The position numbers were made by a program, and so were the translations under genes. The notes under the pieces were generated by a model. The model saw only the letters and a list, made by a program, of their open reading frames with translations, did not search any database and was not told where the DNA came from. Source: Eledone cirrhosa (Eukaryota). Taken from it: 64,000 bases of DNA. The stretch lies in assembly GCA_964016885.1 (NCBI GenBank), contig OZ024742.1, positions 333,188,001 to 333,252,000 on the forward strand, written 5' to 3'. Shown here in pieces: positions 14,381 through 31,938 of the stretch (within the stretch, counting starts at the first letter, position 1; every line of letters begins with the position of its first letter).

Positions 14381-14439
14381 TTCTGACGACAGAAGACAGA
14401 CACAACATCTGTCTTCAAGAAACCACTGGTGGTAAATGA
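14378..14439 (+). ncRNA. Type I hammerhead ribozyme with an extended stem III, heading a ~145-bp TA-flanked insert (14378-14523)
   Basis: TCATT-CTGACGA-CA-GAAGACAGA cacaaca TCTGTCTTC-AA-GAAA-CCAC tg GTGG-TA-AATGA. Confidence 0.85.
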
Positions 14440-15017
14440 AATAATTATCTTATGTTGTTTATTACATAACTTAGAAGCTCTGAGCACCCTTTTTTCCTGT
14501 ACCTTTCTGACGGAAATACTTCATATATATATATATATATACTATATATATTGATGTGTGTAGAGAGAGAGAGTTTACCCCGGACATCTAAGTAAGAAAG
14601 AAATTAAGTAATCACCCCTAACACTTAAAAGAATAAAAAAATGATGAAAGTACATTTCAAATTCACAGAGAAAACTTTTAGACTTATGTAGCGTGTAGAT
14701 TTCAGCCCCATCAATTTTATATCAACAGTCAACGTAGATGAATGTATCGATCCGACAACACCTAGTTCACACTACATACATTTTATTACCTCAATCTTCT
14801 AACAGATATATTGATTTCTGATTTCAAGACATCTCTGTGAGCTATGGGGAATTTCTTCTTCTTTTGATATATGTATTATGTAATATCAGGTAATTTATAT
14901 TAAGAGTTTCTCTCAGCGAATTATTGCAAATTATTGCAAATTATTGCAACCAGCACTGAACGATATTTCATTTTATATAATTTCTTTTTCACTTCCACTT
15001 ACTGCTGCTGCTTTTGC

Positions 15018-16807
<1,790 letters not shown>

Positions 16808-16810
<3 letters not shown>

Positions 16811-16936
16811 TTCTAATATATGCACAAGGCCAGTAATTTTGAGGGAGGGGAAAGTCGATTAAATTGATTAAATCGACTGGTGCTATATTTTATCGACCCC
16901 GTAAGGAATAAAGGCAAAGCTAACCTCGACGGGATT
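16808..16936 (-). mobile_element. SINE family S1 copy
   Basis: gcacaaggccag...tttatcgaccccgtaaggaataaaggcaaagctaacctcgacgggatt. Confidence 0.75.
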
Positions 16937-16949
16937 AATAATAATAATG

Positions 16950-18907
16950 ATATGTTTCTATCTCATAAGAGTGATTATGTTAAATCAAAACAAATCTAAG
17001 AAGAATTGCATTAATGGGACTAGAACCCTCAATGGTGAATGTATCGTGTTCGGCAGATTGGAGTACTTGGCCCGGTTCCAGCAGTGGACTATCGACCATG
17101 ACGAAGCTTGAGTAAACAAGTAAACTATGTGGTCATGGAGTGTTGCTACTTGAGCAATCCTGTTGAGGAAAATGGGATTCCTATCAAAGGATACCAACAA
17201 AAATGCTTTAAAAATTGAGAAAAAGAGGCCTGTTTCCACTCGCAGAGCAGAGGTTATGTGACCAAGCTCTAGCAATGAGAAAAATGGCTGGTTGAGAGAA
17301 GTGGAATTCCAAGCTATCTAAAGACGGGTATCAGGAAAAAGCTGTGAATAAAACGTTGAAAATGGAGGTCTTACTGTAGAAATGGAAAAAAAGCATAGGA
17401 CAATGGTGAATATAATTTTGGTAACCCACAGAAACAGTGTAGAGATGGTGTGTCTTGTGAGAGAAATGTAGATGTTATGGAACACAATAGAATTACGCGA
17501 AACCTGACAGGTGAACAGAAGGCAATGCACGACAGATTAAAGACCAGGTTTCAGGAGGGCAATAGGAATTTTATTTGCAACCTAAAGAAGATTCACAGAT
17601 GCAAGATGAATCAAGAAACATATAGGTTGAATGAAGTTATGGAATACATCAAAACAAATAACATCACAGGAACAAATGATCTGATAAATTCAGCAAGCAT
17701 TGTTGTTACAGAAAATATGGGTGTAGACGTCAAGGCAAAGAAAACAATAAGAGAGAGACCAAGAAAAAAAAGCCATGGTGGAAAAGAAGAATACAGGCCA
17801 TGTATTTCTGTATTAGTCAGAAAAGAGAAGGGGAAGCCTAGAAATGAAATTTAAAAAATACTGAGCCCTTGGAAGAAAGTATGACACTGAAAGAAAAGGC
17901 CTAAAAGTAGTAATGGAGGAACTCAGGGAATGTCTCATAGCCAAAAAATCAAAGATAGTTAGATACAAACAAAAGCAATTAAGCAATATCAACAAAATAG
18001 TCTATTCAGAGTAAACAAAAAGAGATTTTACCGAGAAATAAATGTAGCGTGTACAGATGAAGTGATTTTTACCGGATAAACTTGAAATTCAAAATTTTGG
18101 AAGGAACCTTTGGAGTACAGAGAAGGAACACAAGAGGGGCGCTGAATGGTTAGGAGAAATTAAACAAACAACAGTTTGCCGACAACAGGCAAAACTATTC
18201 ATTTCAGCTAGTGACTTGAAGAAAGCCAGAAGAAAGATGAGCAACTGGCAATCTCAGGGACTAGATGGGGTTCATGGCTACTGGATAAAAAGATTTAGTC
18301 AATGACATGAACGAATAAATGCACACCACAACACATTGCTAAATGCTGAAAAAGTAATACCGAAATAGCTGGCAAAGGACAGGACAGTTTTGTGCTTAAA
18401 GGATATCCCTAAAGGCAATGCGGTAGACAACTACAGACCAATAACATGCCAACCACCTATGTGGAAATTATTGACAAGAACTATTGTGGAATTAATGTAC
18501 GGCATCTTGAAGAAAATGGAGTTCAACCAGGAGAGCAGAAAGGGTGCAAGTGTAAGTGCAGATGTACAAAGGACCAGCTTTTGATAGAAAAGTAAAACAG
18601 AACTTAAGAATATCAAGAGGAGGAAAACTAATTTGAGCATGACCTGGATCGATCCTTGGCATCAGCTGATAACAAGGTATCCGATAAAGAAGGATAAACA
18701 TTGATGGATATGACAGGTTAGCCTGGGTGGTTAAAAAGTTGTGGTGGTAATACCAATAATAGTTGTAGTTTTAGGAAGTACATAACACAAATAGGGATTG
18801 CATTTCTTATAGAATACTTACAAAAACCAAAAAAAAACCAAAAAAAAACCAGCAAGGCTTGAAACAGCTTTAATACTCCGGAGGGTACTCGGAAAATGGC
18901 GTCCGAG
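16950..18907 (+). mobile_element. Second R4/Dong-clade element, decayed and internally deleted
   Basis: Across frameshifts it reads RLCDQAL...[50 protein letters not shown] and KTNLSMTWID. It then jumps to the endonuclease C-terminus (DNKVSDKE...KKLW...IEYLQK...LETALILRRVL). Confidence 0.82.
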
Positions 18908-20233
18908 TAATAAGAATAATAATGGTTTCAGATTTAGACACGATGCCAACAATTTGGAGAGGGTGGGAAACTCGATTAAATTGACCCCAGTGTGTTGCCG
19001 CTTCTTTAATTTACTGACCGCGCAAGGATCAAAGGCAACCTTGGTGGGATTTGAACTAAAAACAGAAAACAATAATAACAACAACAGCAACAATAATAGT
19101 TGGGATTTACCAAATTTGTTTTATGCTGCAGGTGAAAATATGAACTTATGACGTTGGGTTAATTTCATAACATAGGTGAAATTATGAGCTAACAACATTC
19201 AAGAAAAATGTGTTTATGACACTAGAGTGATGTCAGTTTATGCACTACGCGAAGAGGGGATTTTATGATACAAGAGTTATATATACTACCTTGAATTTGC
19301 AAACATTTCGTTTTATATAGAGGGCAAATGTCCTTTCCAAATACAAAACGAAAAACCTTGAACACAATCTTTTTTTTTTTAAATGTTACGAAAATATGAT
19401 GTCTGCTTACTTCCCCAGTAAAAAATAACTAATATTTAAGCAGCACAGAATGAAGAAAAAGCTGTCGACAGCTGTTGCGGTTTACCCAATTAATCAAACC
19501 GAAGAGTAAACATCCTGAAAGAATTTAGGGAATGTCAGAACGTCTGACTGATATTTATGGAATTGTTACTTCCATTGATTAGTTTAAAAGCAACAAAACA
19601 AGCAAAAATAACAATACATTTCATCATACCTAGTTAACAAAGTGAACACATTCCTCACGCACAAGACTCCATTTCACAGTGGGCTTAAGTGTTGTAAGTC
19701 AGTTGTTTGAAACGACGAGTATTCCAGTTGTTCGATCAACGAAAGAGCCTGCTCGTGAAACTGAAAAACAAAAATGAGAAAGACGGCTTACTCCTATGTA
19801 GGTTTAGCTGGCCTCCTACATGTTTGCATTTTATAGGAAGTTTCTTAGCTGTTTTAATGTAATTCACAACCACAGCATACCATATGCCGAGCGAATTCCG
19901 GACAAGAAACACCTCATATCCAATAGCCGGCATATCATATACATTATTATTAAATTATGTCTGATAATGACGTTCTAGATTTAAGTAATTTTTGTTTAAC
20001 GCCTCAAAAATATACATAACACATAATTTATAAACTAAGGTGTGGAAATGTTGAACGGTTTTTTTGTATTTTCGCAATTACGAATACAGTCGAATACCGA
20101 TCTATGTTATACCAATACTTATATATATGAATACCGCTAAAGTAGAGACATTTTTCCTGATCGGTACAAAGAAATCAGCTACCATAGACTCTAAAACACT
20201 ATGCAAAAGCACACACACAATTGTATCTATACT

Positions 20234-20264
<31 letters not shown>

Positions 20265-20697
20265 CCTATATATATATATCGCCTGTCTAGTATATATACA
20301 TCGCCTGTCTAGTCGAATCGAATAAATCATCCCCAAAAAGCTCGAAAGTAAATTTGACATAGAAGAGGTTTGAACTTAGTGCGCAAAACGTCAATGTATT
20401 TTGTCCGACGAACAAAGGGTTCTGGCAACACACTACCCTCCGCGTCTTCGTAATAAAATGTAGGCACAAGGCCTGCAATCTTGTGTGTGTGGGGTATCAG
20501 TTAGATATATAGACCCAGTGCTTGACTAGTACTTTATTTTATGGAACTCGGAAGAAATGAACTCAGAAAATCAAGAGCTAGAACAAATGCAGTATCATTT
20601 TTTATCGGATGCTCCAATGAATTCTGCACATCGCTGACTGCTATTTCAAATACACCTCTCCAATAAATGTAACTCACAAGTTAGAAATATAACAACA

Positions 20698-20731
<34 letters not shown>

Positions 20732-20880
20732 GAAACGCACACACACACACACATGAATACATGAACATCAACAACGATAGACTCCACAAGATAAATGGTC
20801 CAACTTAAACCACATCTGTTGAACATCTGTACATCTGTACACTCACACGTACACGCCCACACATAGGTTTATACATACAG

Positions 20881-20939
<59 letters not shown>

Positions 20940-21859
20940 TACATACACACAAATATATTTATACATATGTGTGTGTGGGTGTGAGTGTGTGTGTATGTGT
21001 ATAACCTTAGTTCTGTTCTATTTTTTTTGTGTTTTTTATACATTATTTTTAATCACACGTTTCTCTTCTTTTTTCATCCAACACACTTTCCTCCTGTACC
21101 CTTAAACGTTACCCCTACTACATCTCCCCAACAAAACTAAAAATTCCAACCCACACCAAAACTCCAAGCAAAACTCATTACATTGCCTTCCCTCCGACCC
21201 CTCTCATTCTCCCACTTTTTCTACTTTTTCTACTTTTTCTTCCCCCTTCTATTTTCTTCCTGCTCATTCATTCTTTCATATTTATATTTCCTTTCTTCTA
21301 AATTCTCTATGACTTTTCCCCTCCCTTTCCTTTCTCCCTCTTTCTTTATCGGTTGTAATCAGGTCGTCACCACTCATTTTTTTTCTGTTTGTCACTCACT
21401 CCCACTTACCTACCCTGTTTTGTCTCTCTTTCGCAAACACTCTCTCCTTTTATCACAAGCTCTCACACAAACACATATACTATTTTTCTGTCTCTTCCAC
21501 TTGTTTTATATCGATGTCCCCACTGTCATTTTCCTTTCATTTTCCCTTCTTCTCGTTGCTCAATGTTCTACTTAAGCTACTGAGTTCTAGAGTTCAGAAT
21601 TCTCAAAGATTCTCAGAAGGTCACACATAGTGTTAAAACATGAAAATTCCAGAGTGATTGTCAACAAGAACAACATTTGCTTCAAGATTGTTTCGAGAAG
21701 TTTGGTTTTACTTTATTTATGTCGTTTCCTAACACAAGAGCTACTTTTTTTCGTTTCGTGAATGTAGATTTTTGGCTCTATCAGCCTCAATGTGTTGTGA
21801 TGCACTAACCGAAGTTGATGCCAGTGCTAGGTGGCTGGTGCAAGGATATATAAATATAA

Positions 21860-22002
21860 CTGAGCTGTTAAGATGTTCGCAACACAATCACGATGATCCG
21901 GGTTCCATCTCGGTGCGCGGCATCCTGGGTAGTTTTACGGTAGCATCAGGCTTACCTAAGCCTTGTTACTGAAATTGGATAGACGAAACATGAATGGAAG
22001 CC
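21860..22002 (+). mobile_element. Decayed tRNA-derived SINE (third family)
   Basis: B-box-like gatccgggttccatc followed by ...aagccttgt...ttggatagacgaaac.tgaatggaagcc, recognised from memory as an octopus SINE layout. Confidence 0.45.
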
Positions 22003-22232
22003 AAGAAGAATTTAAAAAGATAATATGTAAATGACTTTGGTGACGTAAAATAAGTTGCCAAATGTGTTACATTTATGTAAAGACCACGAACATTTTTCGG
22101 TGCGCTGATTTTCTCACGCTATGATCATTGTAGCTATATATATATATATATATATATGGATTGAGAGGGAAGGGTCTCTGTGGTTACTAATAACGCGTGT
22201 TAGAAAGTAATATATATATATATATATATATA

Positions 22233-23212
<980 letters not shown>

Positions 23213-24061
23213 TAAAATATTAATAGGTTTATTTATATATGCATTTCTATATAAAACCTTTTATATATCATTAGTTTACCTGAGTTCTTCTGTACATGCA
23301 ACATACATATATAATATAATACAAACACTTTACCATACATTACTCCTCGGCGCTTATTATCTATATCTATACCCTTAAATTTTAATTGATCTTATTTTAA
23401 TTTATTCAATTCTATTTACTCATCTATTTACCAATTTATTTAACCATTCGCGCATTTACGTCTATGTAACACATTTTATTTTATTATTTATTTAAACCTA
23501 CTCCTTCATATTATAAAGGCTAAACATAATCTCAAACCTCTATATACCATATTCCTATGAACATTATAGTCCCCCTCCTTCACTCCTACCAACTAACCTC
23601 CGTTACCCCCATCCACATTTCTTCCTTCTCCTGGCCTCTAACCCGTCTAGAACACTTACCATTCTCTGCTCCCAACCACTTTCTCCATCAGTCCTGCTTA
23701 TCAGAATGGTAAATTTGACCACAAAACTACCAAGACTAGTGACCTATATTTACACACCCAGCAAAAATAACTACACGATTGAAAAATCCTTCTGAATACA
23801 CAAGTCGAAACTGCACGGCAGCGCTGTCAAGATTTTACCTCTCTCACTCTCTCACTTTCTATCTCTCCCTCGCTCTCTCTCTCCCCTCTCTCTCTCTCTA
23901 TATATATATATTTATATTTTATTTATATATATATATTATATAAATTATATATATAAGTCATATATATATATATGTGTGTGTGTGTGAGTGTGTGTGTGTG
24001 TGTGCGTGTGGTGTTTGTATTAGTAATGGGACTAGTAAAGCGTAGTTGATAGTATACGCCT

Positions 24062-24111
<50 letters not shown>

Positions 24112-24661
24112 GGTGCTTGTTTGTGTGAGAATGTGTGTGTGTCTGTATACAGATCATAACTATTTTGTCTTAGATGTTAGGTGCGTAATAGATTTCGTTG
24201 AGAATGAGGAGTTTACATTACAAACTTTTTCACAAAGCGTTAAATTAAATTGTATGGAATATTTGAGAACTTTCTAGACTGCCGTGATGAGTTCCGCTTT
24301 GTTTTTGGTGGAGGGAGCGTCACGGAATGTTTCATCGTTACTGTTTTCACATAATACCCATCCACACACACAGATACAGATATATACAAAAATACACATA
24401 CACAACAACACATAGGGATATACATTCACACACAAGTATAATCACACACACGCATACACTTACAAACACATGCATACGCATATAACGCCATCAAATATAA
24501 ACAAACACATAAGCACATAAAACCATGGTCATGTATACTCAGACATAATTGATTCTCACATATATTCACATGTAAAATCTGTATCTCCCTGTGTCTGTAG
24601 TATAGCCCTATGTATATCTGAGCGTGTGTTTTGTATAAATACAAGTATACATATTTGAATA

Positions 24662-24692
<31 letters not shown>

Positions 24693-24721
24693 CTATATAA
24701 ATATATATATATATATATATT

Positions 24722-25018
24722 TAAGGAAAAAAGATGAAATCGAAAATGCAACTGGAGTCTTATTTAAAAAAATATATATATATTTATTTGGTTCGTTTAC
24801 CGGTTTCGCAGTTCTTCTGCTTTTTAAAAGTAGAGCTGACAACTCTACTTTTGAAAAGCAGAACTGCGAAACCGGTAAACGAACCAAATAAATATATATA
24901 TATTTTTTTTAAAATAAGACTCCAGTTGCATTTTCGATTTCATCTTTTTTCCTTATACTCTCACTTGTGTAGGACACCTCGGTTATTTTTCATTTTGTAA
25001 AAAAAACCTCACTTTCTA
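24722..25018 (+). mobile_element. Foldback mini-element, family C, with a decayed HHR-like motif
   Basis: 24722-24836 is the reverse complement of 24843-24955. It retains GCAG..CTGC-GAAA-CCGG-TA, but the CUGANGA box has decayed to TTGAAAA. Confidence 0.78.
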
Positions 25019-25056
25019 ATATATATATATATATATATGCATAAATACACATACAT

Positions 25057-25141
<85 letters not shown>

Positions 25142-25146
25142 TAAAT

Positions 25147-25196
<50 letters not shown>

Positions 25197-25409
25197 TAGT
25201 GGAAGCTTAGTAAAATCGATGCGTTGGCTGTGGTTAAGCAAAGCCGATCTACAATAAGTAATGACTAGCAAAGCACTCAATAAGGGTAGGTCATTAGTGT
25301 AATAACATTAGCTTTATAAGCTTTACAAATTGAAAATTGCGGTAGGCAAAACCCAACTAGACAATACCAAAAACAACGAAAGAACTAATCAGGTAAACAA
25401 CATATATAT

Positions 25410-25816
25410 AATTAGTGTTGCGTTCTTAAAGCGTCCGTATGCGGTAGGCCGTTTGAGCACTCGATGCTCTCAGAGAATAGAGTATGATATCACAGAAAAA
25501 AAGAGAATCAGTGTTGCGACGAATCGACTGGAATTTATTGGACATATTACAATCGTTTCCATGGCGACCAGCTCGAGGCACGATCGATGTGATGATCGAA
25601 CGTGACTCTCAAAATCGCAAGGTCCTCTACGAAGCAGAGTTTCCTAGGAAAATCTGCTTCGTAGAATCAAGACGTATCTGAGGCCCTTGCGATTTTCAGA
25701 GTCAGGTTCGATCAACACATCGATCGTGCCTCGAAATGGTCGCCAAAGAAACGACTGTAATATGTCCAATAAATTCCATTCCATTCGTCGCAACACTGAT
25801 TCTCTTTTTTTCTTTG

Positions 25817-25817
<1 letters not shown>
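25410..25817. mobile_element. Foldback mini-element with a long-stem-II HHR (25671-25766, +)
   Basis: Arms 25490-25645 and 25646-25817 are centred on ttcctaggaa. The HHR reads GACGTAT-CTGAGGC-(long hairpin)-GAAA-CGACTG-TA-ATATGTC; the other arm keeps GAGGA and CGATTG. Confidence 0.75.
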
Positions 25818-25887
<70 letters not shown>

Positions 25888-26116
25888 CATACATACCAAA
25901 TGTTAGTTTAATATCAAATTTCTCGAGTGAGTGCTCAGATAGTAATATATAGTCACGCCGACATATCGATAAGTGAGCTCAACTAAGAATGTCTAATGCG
26001 TTTATTTCTCTCCTGCATTTTGCTGCTCATTCTAGTAGAAACCTGTAAGAAGTATAAAGTATCTTAAAACTTTCATATTTTTTACTCGTCCATTATATAT
26101 ATATATATATATATAA

Positions 26117-26713
26117 ACTTTAGAACCTTGTATTCATTGAACAAAAGTTATACTATGCTAAAAGTATTAAAAAAACATGAAAGCAAAATTAATGAAAAGG
26201 AGGGGAAGCTGTAAAGAAGTGCAGGAAAGTGGAGGAAAGTGCAGAAAAGGACTAAAAATACCATAAGTGGAGGGGGTGGGGATTGCGGGAAAGAGCAATA
26301 GAAGAAAGAGAGTTGGAAGTAGAGTGGGTGACCTACATTTCACCTAGGTCGGAACAAGGATTCGGCTGCGCCCATCAGACAACATTGCTAGAGTATTTCC
26401 GCAGACAATGGCAAGCTACATCTGCTGCAACAGGTGTGCTGATTTCATTTCTATTTCCTGCATGAGCTTGGCTGTACGGAGTCCGAGGATGGCGGAGGTT
26501 TTGACGGCGATCGGTGCAAAAAGGAAACGAGTCGACAAGCCCCGGTGTTTGCTTGTCTTCCTGTCTTCTGCATTGCAGGCCGCGGTACTGGTATTTCTGG
26601 CCAAAGCTGGAATTGAAGAACATGTCATGGAATCTTATGTCCCGAATGAGGAATATACCTCTTGCGAATGAGAAGAGGGTAACTTTGTCGGTGCGCATGC
26701 CTTCTAGGTGGTC
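26117..26713 (-). mobile_element. 3' fragment of a CRE-like (restriction-like endonuclease) non-LTR retrotransposon in (TA)n
   Basis: The minus strand reads RTDKVTL...RD, AACNAEDRKTSKH...FLFAPIAVKTSAILG...HLLQQM*LAIVCGN. This is a decayed form of RPDG.T...WD / AE..K..KY / F.P.AVET.G..G / LQRLS.AI..GN. Confidence 0.65.
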
Positions 26714-26829
26714 TATATATATATATATATGAAATGAGAGATGACTTTCGTCAAATCGGACCGGGGAAACAATGTTTCCATCGGTCTTTCCAATTGCTAA
26801 TACTATCTATTGGTTGCAACTCCAGGTAG

Positions 26830-27064
<235 letters not shown>

Positions 27065-27888
27065 TTGTGTGTTTGTGTGTGTGTTCTTGCACGCACATGA
27101 AATATGTGTGCGTGCGCCTTTGCTCAGAAATATGCAGATTTCACTGGACTTTTAGTTGCATCTATCGCATAGGCAATTTCCTGTGCGTTTTAATAATAAA
27201 AAGACCCAATTCTAGCAGAGAAAGCTATGCAAAATAAAGCGTCTTCCTAAAGAATATAACACACCGATAATTTCAGGATGGAACATGATCTTTATTCCAG
27301 CACCTTAACCACTATGCCAAGCACCATCACATACATCAAAGTTAAACTTTGAACATATTAAAAGAGGAACACAGGAACTGATTATAATAAATGTTTTTTG
27401 TATTGATTATCGTTCAGGCGAGAATATCTTGCTTTAAAACATATCGTGAGACAATGCAGAACTAGAATAAATATATAATGTGTTAATTAAAGCAAGCAAA
27501 CCTCATAGTGTAGTTTACAAAATATATTATTAAGTGAGTAAGGGTAAAAGAATATATTTGTTAACAATCATTGAATTCAGAGAGTGAGACACTATTCTCA
27601 CACTGTATGTAGAACGGTCTTAGAAAAGATAACACTTTGTTGCATTGTTTTATATAGTTCCAAATTCTTGAAAACTATAATCTATAGCTGATGTCTCACT
27701 TGTATGTACCTCATCATCTGAACAGAACTGAATGGAGTTTGGGATTAATTGTGTCACAGATGCAATAGTTCACTAATTCCTTATAGTTTCGTTAAACCCA
27801 TTTAAGTAAGGTACGATCTGTATACACACACACACGTACACACGCACACACACACACACGCACACACAGACATACACCATGACCAGTG

Positions 27889-27927
27889 CGAGCTGAAGAT
27901 CCGCATAAGGTGAAACAATTGTTCTCG
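27889..27927 (+). ncRNA. Minimal type I hammerhead ribozyme (family B, intact core) in element 27880-28020
   Basis: CGAG-CTGAAGA-T-CC gcataa GG-T-GAAA-CAATTG-TT-CTCG. Confidence 0.8.
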
Positions 27928-28022
27928 GTATGGGGAACTAACTGTTGTGTTATTATTTCGTCCCACGGACTGAGTGCTCTACCACTACGGATATTACCTT
28001 CAAGTGTTCTACCTCTCTCTAA

Positions 28023-28447
<425 letters not shown>

Positions 28448-28505
28448 TACACACTCACATACATATATATAGAGAGATTTGTATATATATATATATATAT
28501 ATATG

Positions 28506-28588
<83 letters not shown>

Positions 28589-28604
28589 GAGAGAGGTAGT
28601 TGAG

Positions 28605-28735
28605 AGAGGTAGAACACTGGAAAGTAATATCCGTAGTGGTACAGCACTCAGTCCATGGGACGAGTTTGGTAGAAGTAGTAATAACTGTTAGTTTACCATA
28701 CCGAGGACCCTGGGTATGATGAACTAACTGTTGTT
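28605..28735 (-). mobile_element. Family B tail with a short foldback
   Basis: Matches 11750-11845; gttagtttaccatacc pairs with ggtatgatgaactaac. Confidence 0.72.
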
Positions 28736-28741
28736 TCTATT

Positions 28742-28774
<33 letters not shown>

Positions 28775-28775
<1 letters not shown>

Positions 28776-28968
28776 GAAAAGCTTTGACCCCTGACGGAGG
28801 AGCTCAAGCCGTTTCGACGGCTATTTCTTGACTGAAATAACCGTCGAAACGGCTGGAGCTCTGCCGTCGTGGTCATATATTTTTCCTATTACCCACTCTA
28901 CTACCCTAAGTATTTAGTACTCTGGTGCGTTATGGTCCATCTGGTTCCTTACCTCATCTCCTTCGTTA
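28775..28968 (+). mobile_element. Foldback mini-element, family D
   Basis: gagctcaagccgtttcgacgg pairs with ccgtcgaaacggctggagctc. The tail cctattacccactctactaccc...ggtgcgttatggtcca is shared with 60414-60800; fragments occur at 5199-5265, 31937-31990 and 37160-37220. Confidence 0.78.
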
Positions 28969-28977
28969 TATATATAT

Positions 28978-29064
<87 letters not shown>

Positions 29065-29351
29065 AAGACAGAGAAGTGTATTTTAATTGAACAAATCAAA
29101 CATTAACTGACTGAGAAGTAATTAGCGTTGACAAGATTAATGTCTCTTTTCTTTTTCAAAGAAAGAAAGGCAATGACTTCGAACTTTCGGATTTAGATCA
29201 CCTTATACTTTAAATGGCATTTCTAAACTAGTCAAAATTTATATTATACATAACCATATTGATCTAATACTCATCAAATTTAGGAAAAATTTAAAGAAGT
29301 ATACACCAGATAATTAGAATACATTACATACACACCTATACACATATTCCT

Positions 29352-29548
29352 GGCAGAATGGTTGTGGATTGTCAGTATCGGTAGGGTGTCGGATGCTATG
29401 ATTTGCAGCTAAAAGTTACGGCCCTTTATGGTCTGAGTTCAAATCCCGCCGAGGTTAACTTTGCCTTCCATCCTTACGGGGTCGATAAAATAAAGTACCA
29501 GTAATACACTGGGTTAATTGTTGGCTCTGTGCCAAAAGAAGAAACAGT
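29352..29548 (+). mobile_element. SINE family S1 copy
   Basis: ctgagttcaaatcccgccgaggttaactttgccttccatccttacggggtcgataaaataaagtaccagt. Confidence 0.8.
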
Positions 29549-29580
29549 TATTTTAAAGAAACTCTAATCATAAACAGACA

Positions 29581-29629
<49 letters not shown>

Positions 29630-29667
29630 GTGTATATATATTTATATATACACATGTATATATGTGC

Positions 29668-29787
<120 letters not shown>

Positions 29788-30090
29788 GTGTACATATGGT
29801 TGCAGCTATTTCACAAGCTAGATATATGAATCATTACAGTGATCAATAATTTATAACGCAGTCTAATTTCATTGATGTTCCCATATTATTGCTTTTATTT
29901 GTACTTTGTACTTTAGTTTCCACCAATAAATAGTAACAGCACTATACTTAATGTAGTTCTTATACTTGAATATATCCTTGCAACTTTACAATCTGTCGAA
30001 GCAGACATACATATATACATATATACATATAAATGTATAGATATATACATATACATATATACATATACATATATAGATATATACCTATAT

Positions 30091-30145
<55 letters not shown>

Positions 30146-30491
30146 CATATATACATATATACATATATATGTATATATGTATATATGTATATATGTATAT
30201 ATGTATATGTATATACATATATACATATGTATATAATAATGCATATTCATGAGATCAATCAAGGTTTTGGTCATACTGAGAGGTTCATTGATCAATCCAT
30301 CCCTAGCCTACACCTTCTATAAATATTTTATTTATAAGCTGAAATATAGTTTTAAGAAGTGACAATTCTCTCTCTCATCACTCGCTCTCGTTCTCTCTAC
30401 CTCTCTCTCTTTATATATACATATATATATATAAATATATATATATACAAATGTGCGAGTGTGTGTATGTATATATACACACACACACATT

Positions 30492-30538
<47 letters not shown>

Positions 30539-30561
30539 TTATATATATATATATATATATA

Positions 30562-31198
30562 TTTAAAAGAATAGGGGTGTAACACACGAGTTGTGATATA
30601 TTGGTAAAAGGAAAAGAAAATGCTGACAAAATATTCCCAGTGAAAAATAGTTTAATTAGGAATAAGTAAAAATTAATAATAAGTATTGGTTAGTATTCAG
30701 TTTTAGTTTTAAGTTTTTACCGGTTGCGCATTTCTAATACTTTTCCAAAATAATTGTGAGATAGAGCGCCGGTGATGTTTGCTCAAATCTGATTAGTTTT
30801 GGAAATTCTACCTGTTTTATGTGAACAAAGTGGCTCCAGAGGTATTAAAATGAGTTTCGCGCCAATACGTGTTGCAAAAATTATTGAGGTCAAAACAATT
30901 TTGATTGGTCGGTAGAGGTCACGTGAATGTTAAACATTAATTTTGCGCCAAATGTAGGTTTGTCGAAGAGTGTCCTTTTTCGCCTGATTGAGAAGTCACT
31001 GAAAAATAAGTCTTTTAAGACAAATATATGTGTGTGTGCATGTAGTAAAGAGGTTCATTGTTGTGATAATGGTCAGTAGGGATGTGTGTGTGAATTGCAG
31101 TCATGAATACTAGCCAATACTTATTACTAAATTTTACTTATTCCTAATTAATCGATTTTTCACTGGGAACAATTTGTCAGCATTTTCTTTTCCTTTTA

Positions 31199-31205
<7 letters not shown>
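30562..31205. repeat. Foldback element with ~105-bp arms and a ~400-bp spacer, in (TA)n
   Basis: 30597-30699 is the reverse complement of 31105-31205. Confidence 0.8.
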
Positions 31206-31239
<34 letters not shown>

Positions 31240-31283
31240 AAAACAAATATTGTTCTTCCTCATAATCGTCCCTTTCTCCTTGT

Positions 31284-31351
<68 letters not shown>

Positions 31352-31359
<8 letters not shown>

Positions 31360-31671
31360 GAAAAAGTGAAGAATAACATGGTTAACAGTACAACACAACG
31401 GATTTATTTACAGTCTGACAATTGTTTCACAGAGAAACAATTGTCAGACGGTAAATAAATCCATTTTTTGTACTGTTGATATGTTATTCTTCACTTTTTC
31501 AATTTTATTACTTCAAGATAAACTTACATAGGAATACAAGTGAAATCATAAATTCGTCATCTACGTAAACCTCTTGTTGAGTCAAACAACGTCGTAAGCT
31601 AAAACTATCCACAATAAGAAGTATTCACAACCTATAACTGGATTGCCTATAACGATAATTTGTTATCACTT
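31352..31671 (+). mobile_element. Foldback mini-element whose inversion point lies inside an HHR
   Basis: Arms 31354-31428 and 31434-31508; the sense arm starts GAAA-CAATTG-TC-AGA. Confidence 0.78.
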
Positions 31672-31685
31672 ATATATATATATAT

Positions 31686-31889
31686 AGTAATAAATTTGAA
31701 GACTAAAATACAAAGAGGGCTCGTTAAGGATAAATATATATCAAATATGTAACAACGGTAGAGCAAATATTTATTAAAATAACAGATTAAAGTTTAAGCA
31801 AAGAATCGCTGCTTTCATCCTTAACGGGATCTTTTGAATTCAGAAGATCCCGTTAAGCAGCGATCCCTTGCTTAAACTTTAATCTGTTA

Positions 31890-31897
<8 letters not shown>
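31686..31897. mobile_element. Foldback pair of PLE1 pseudo-LTR tails in (TA)n
   Basis: 31690-31838 is the reverse complement of 2135-2283, followed by the forward copy ttcagaagatcccgttaagcagcgat...ttaatctgttattttaat. Confidence 0.85.
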
Positions 31898-31938
<41 letters not shown>

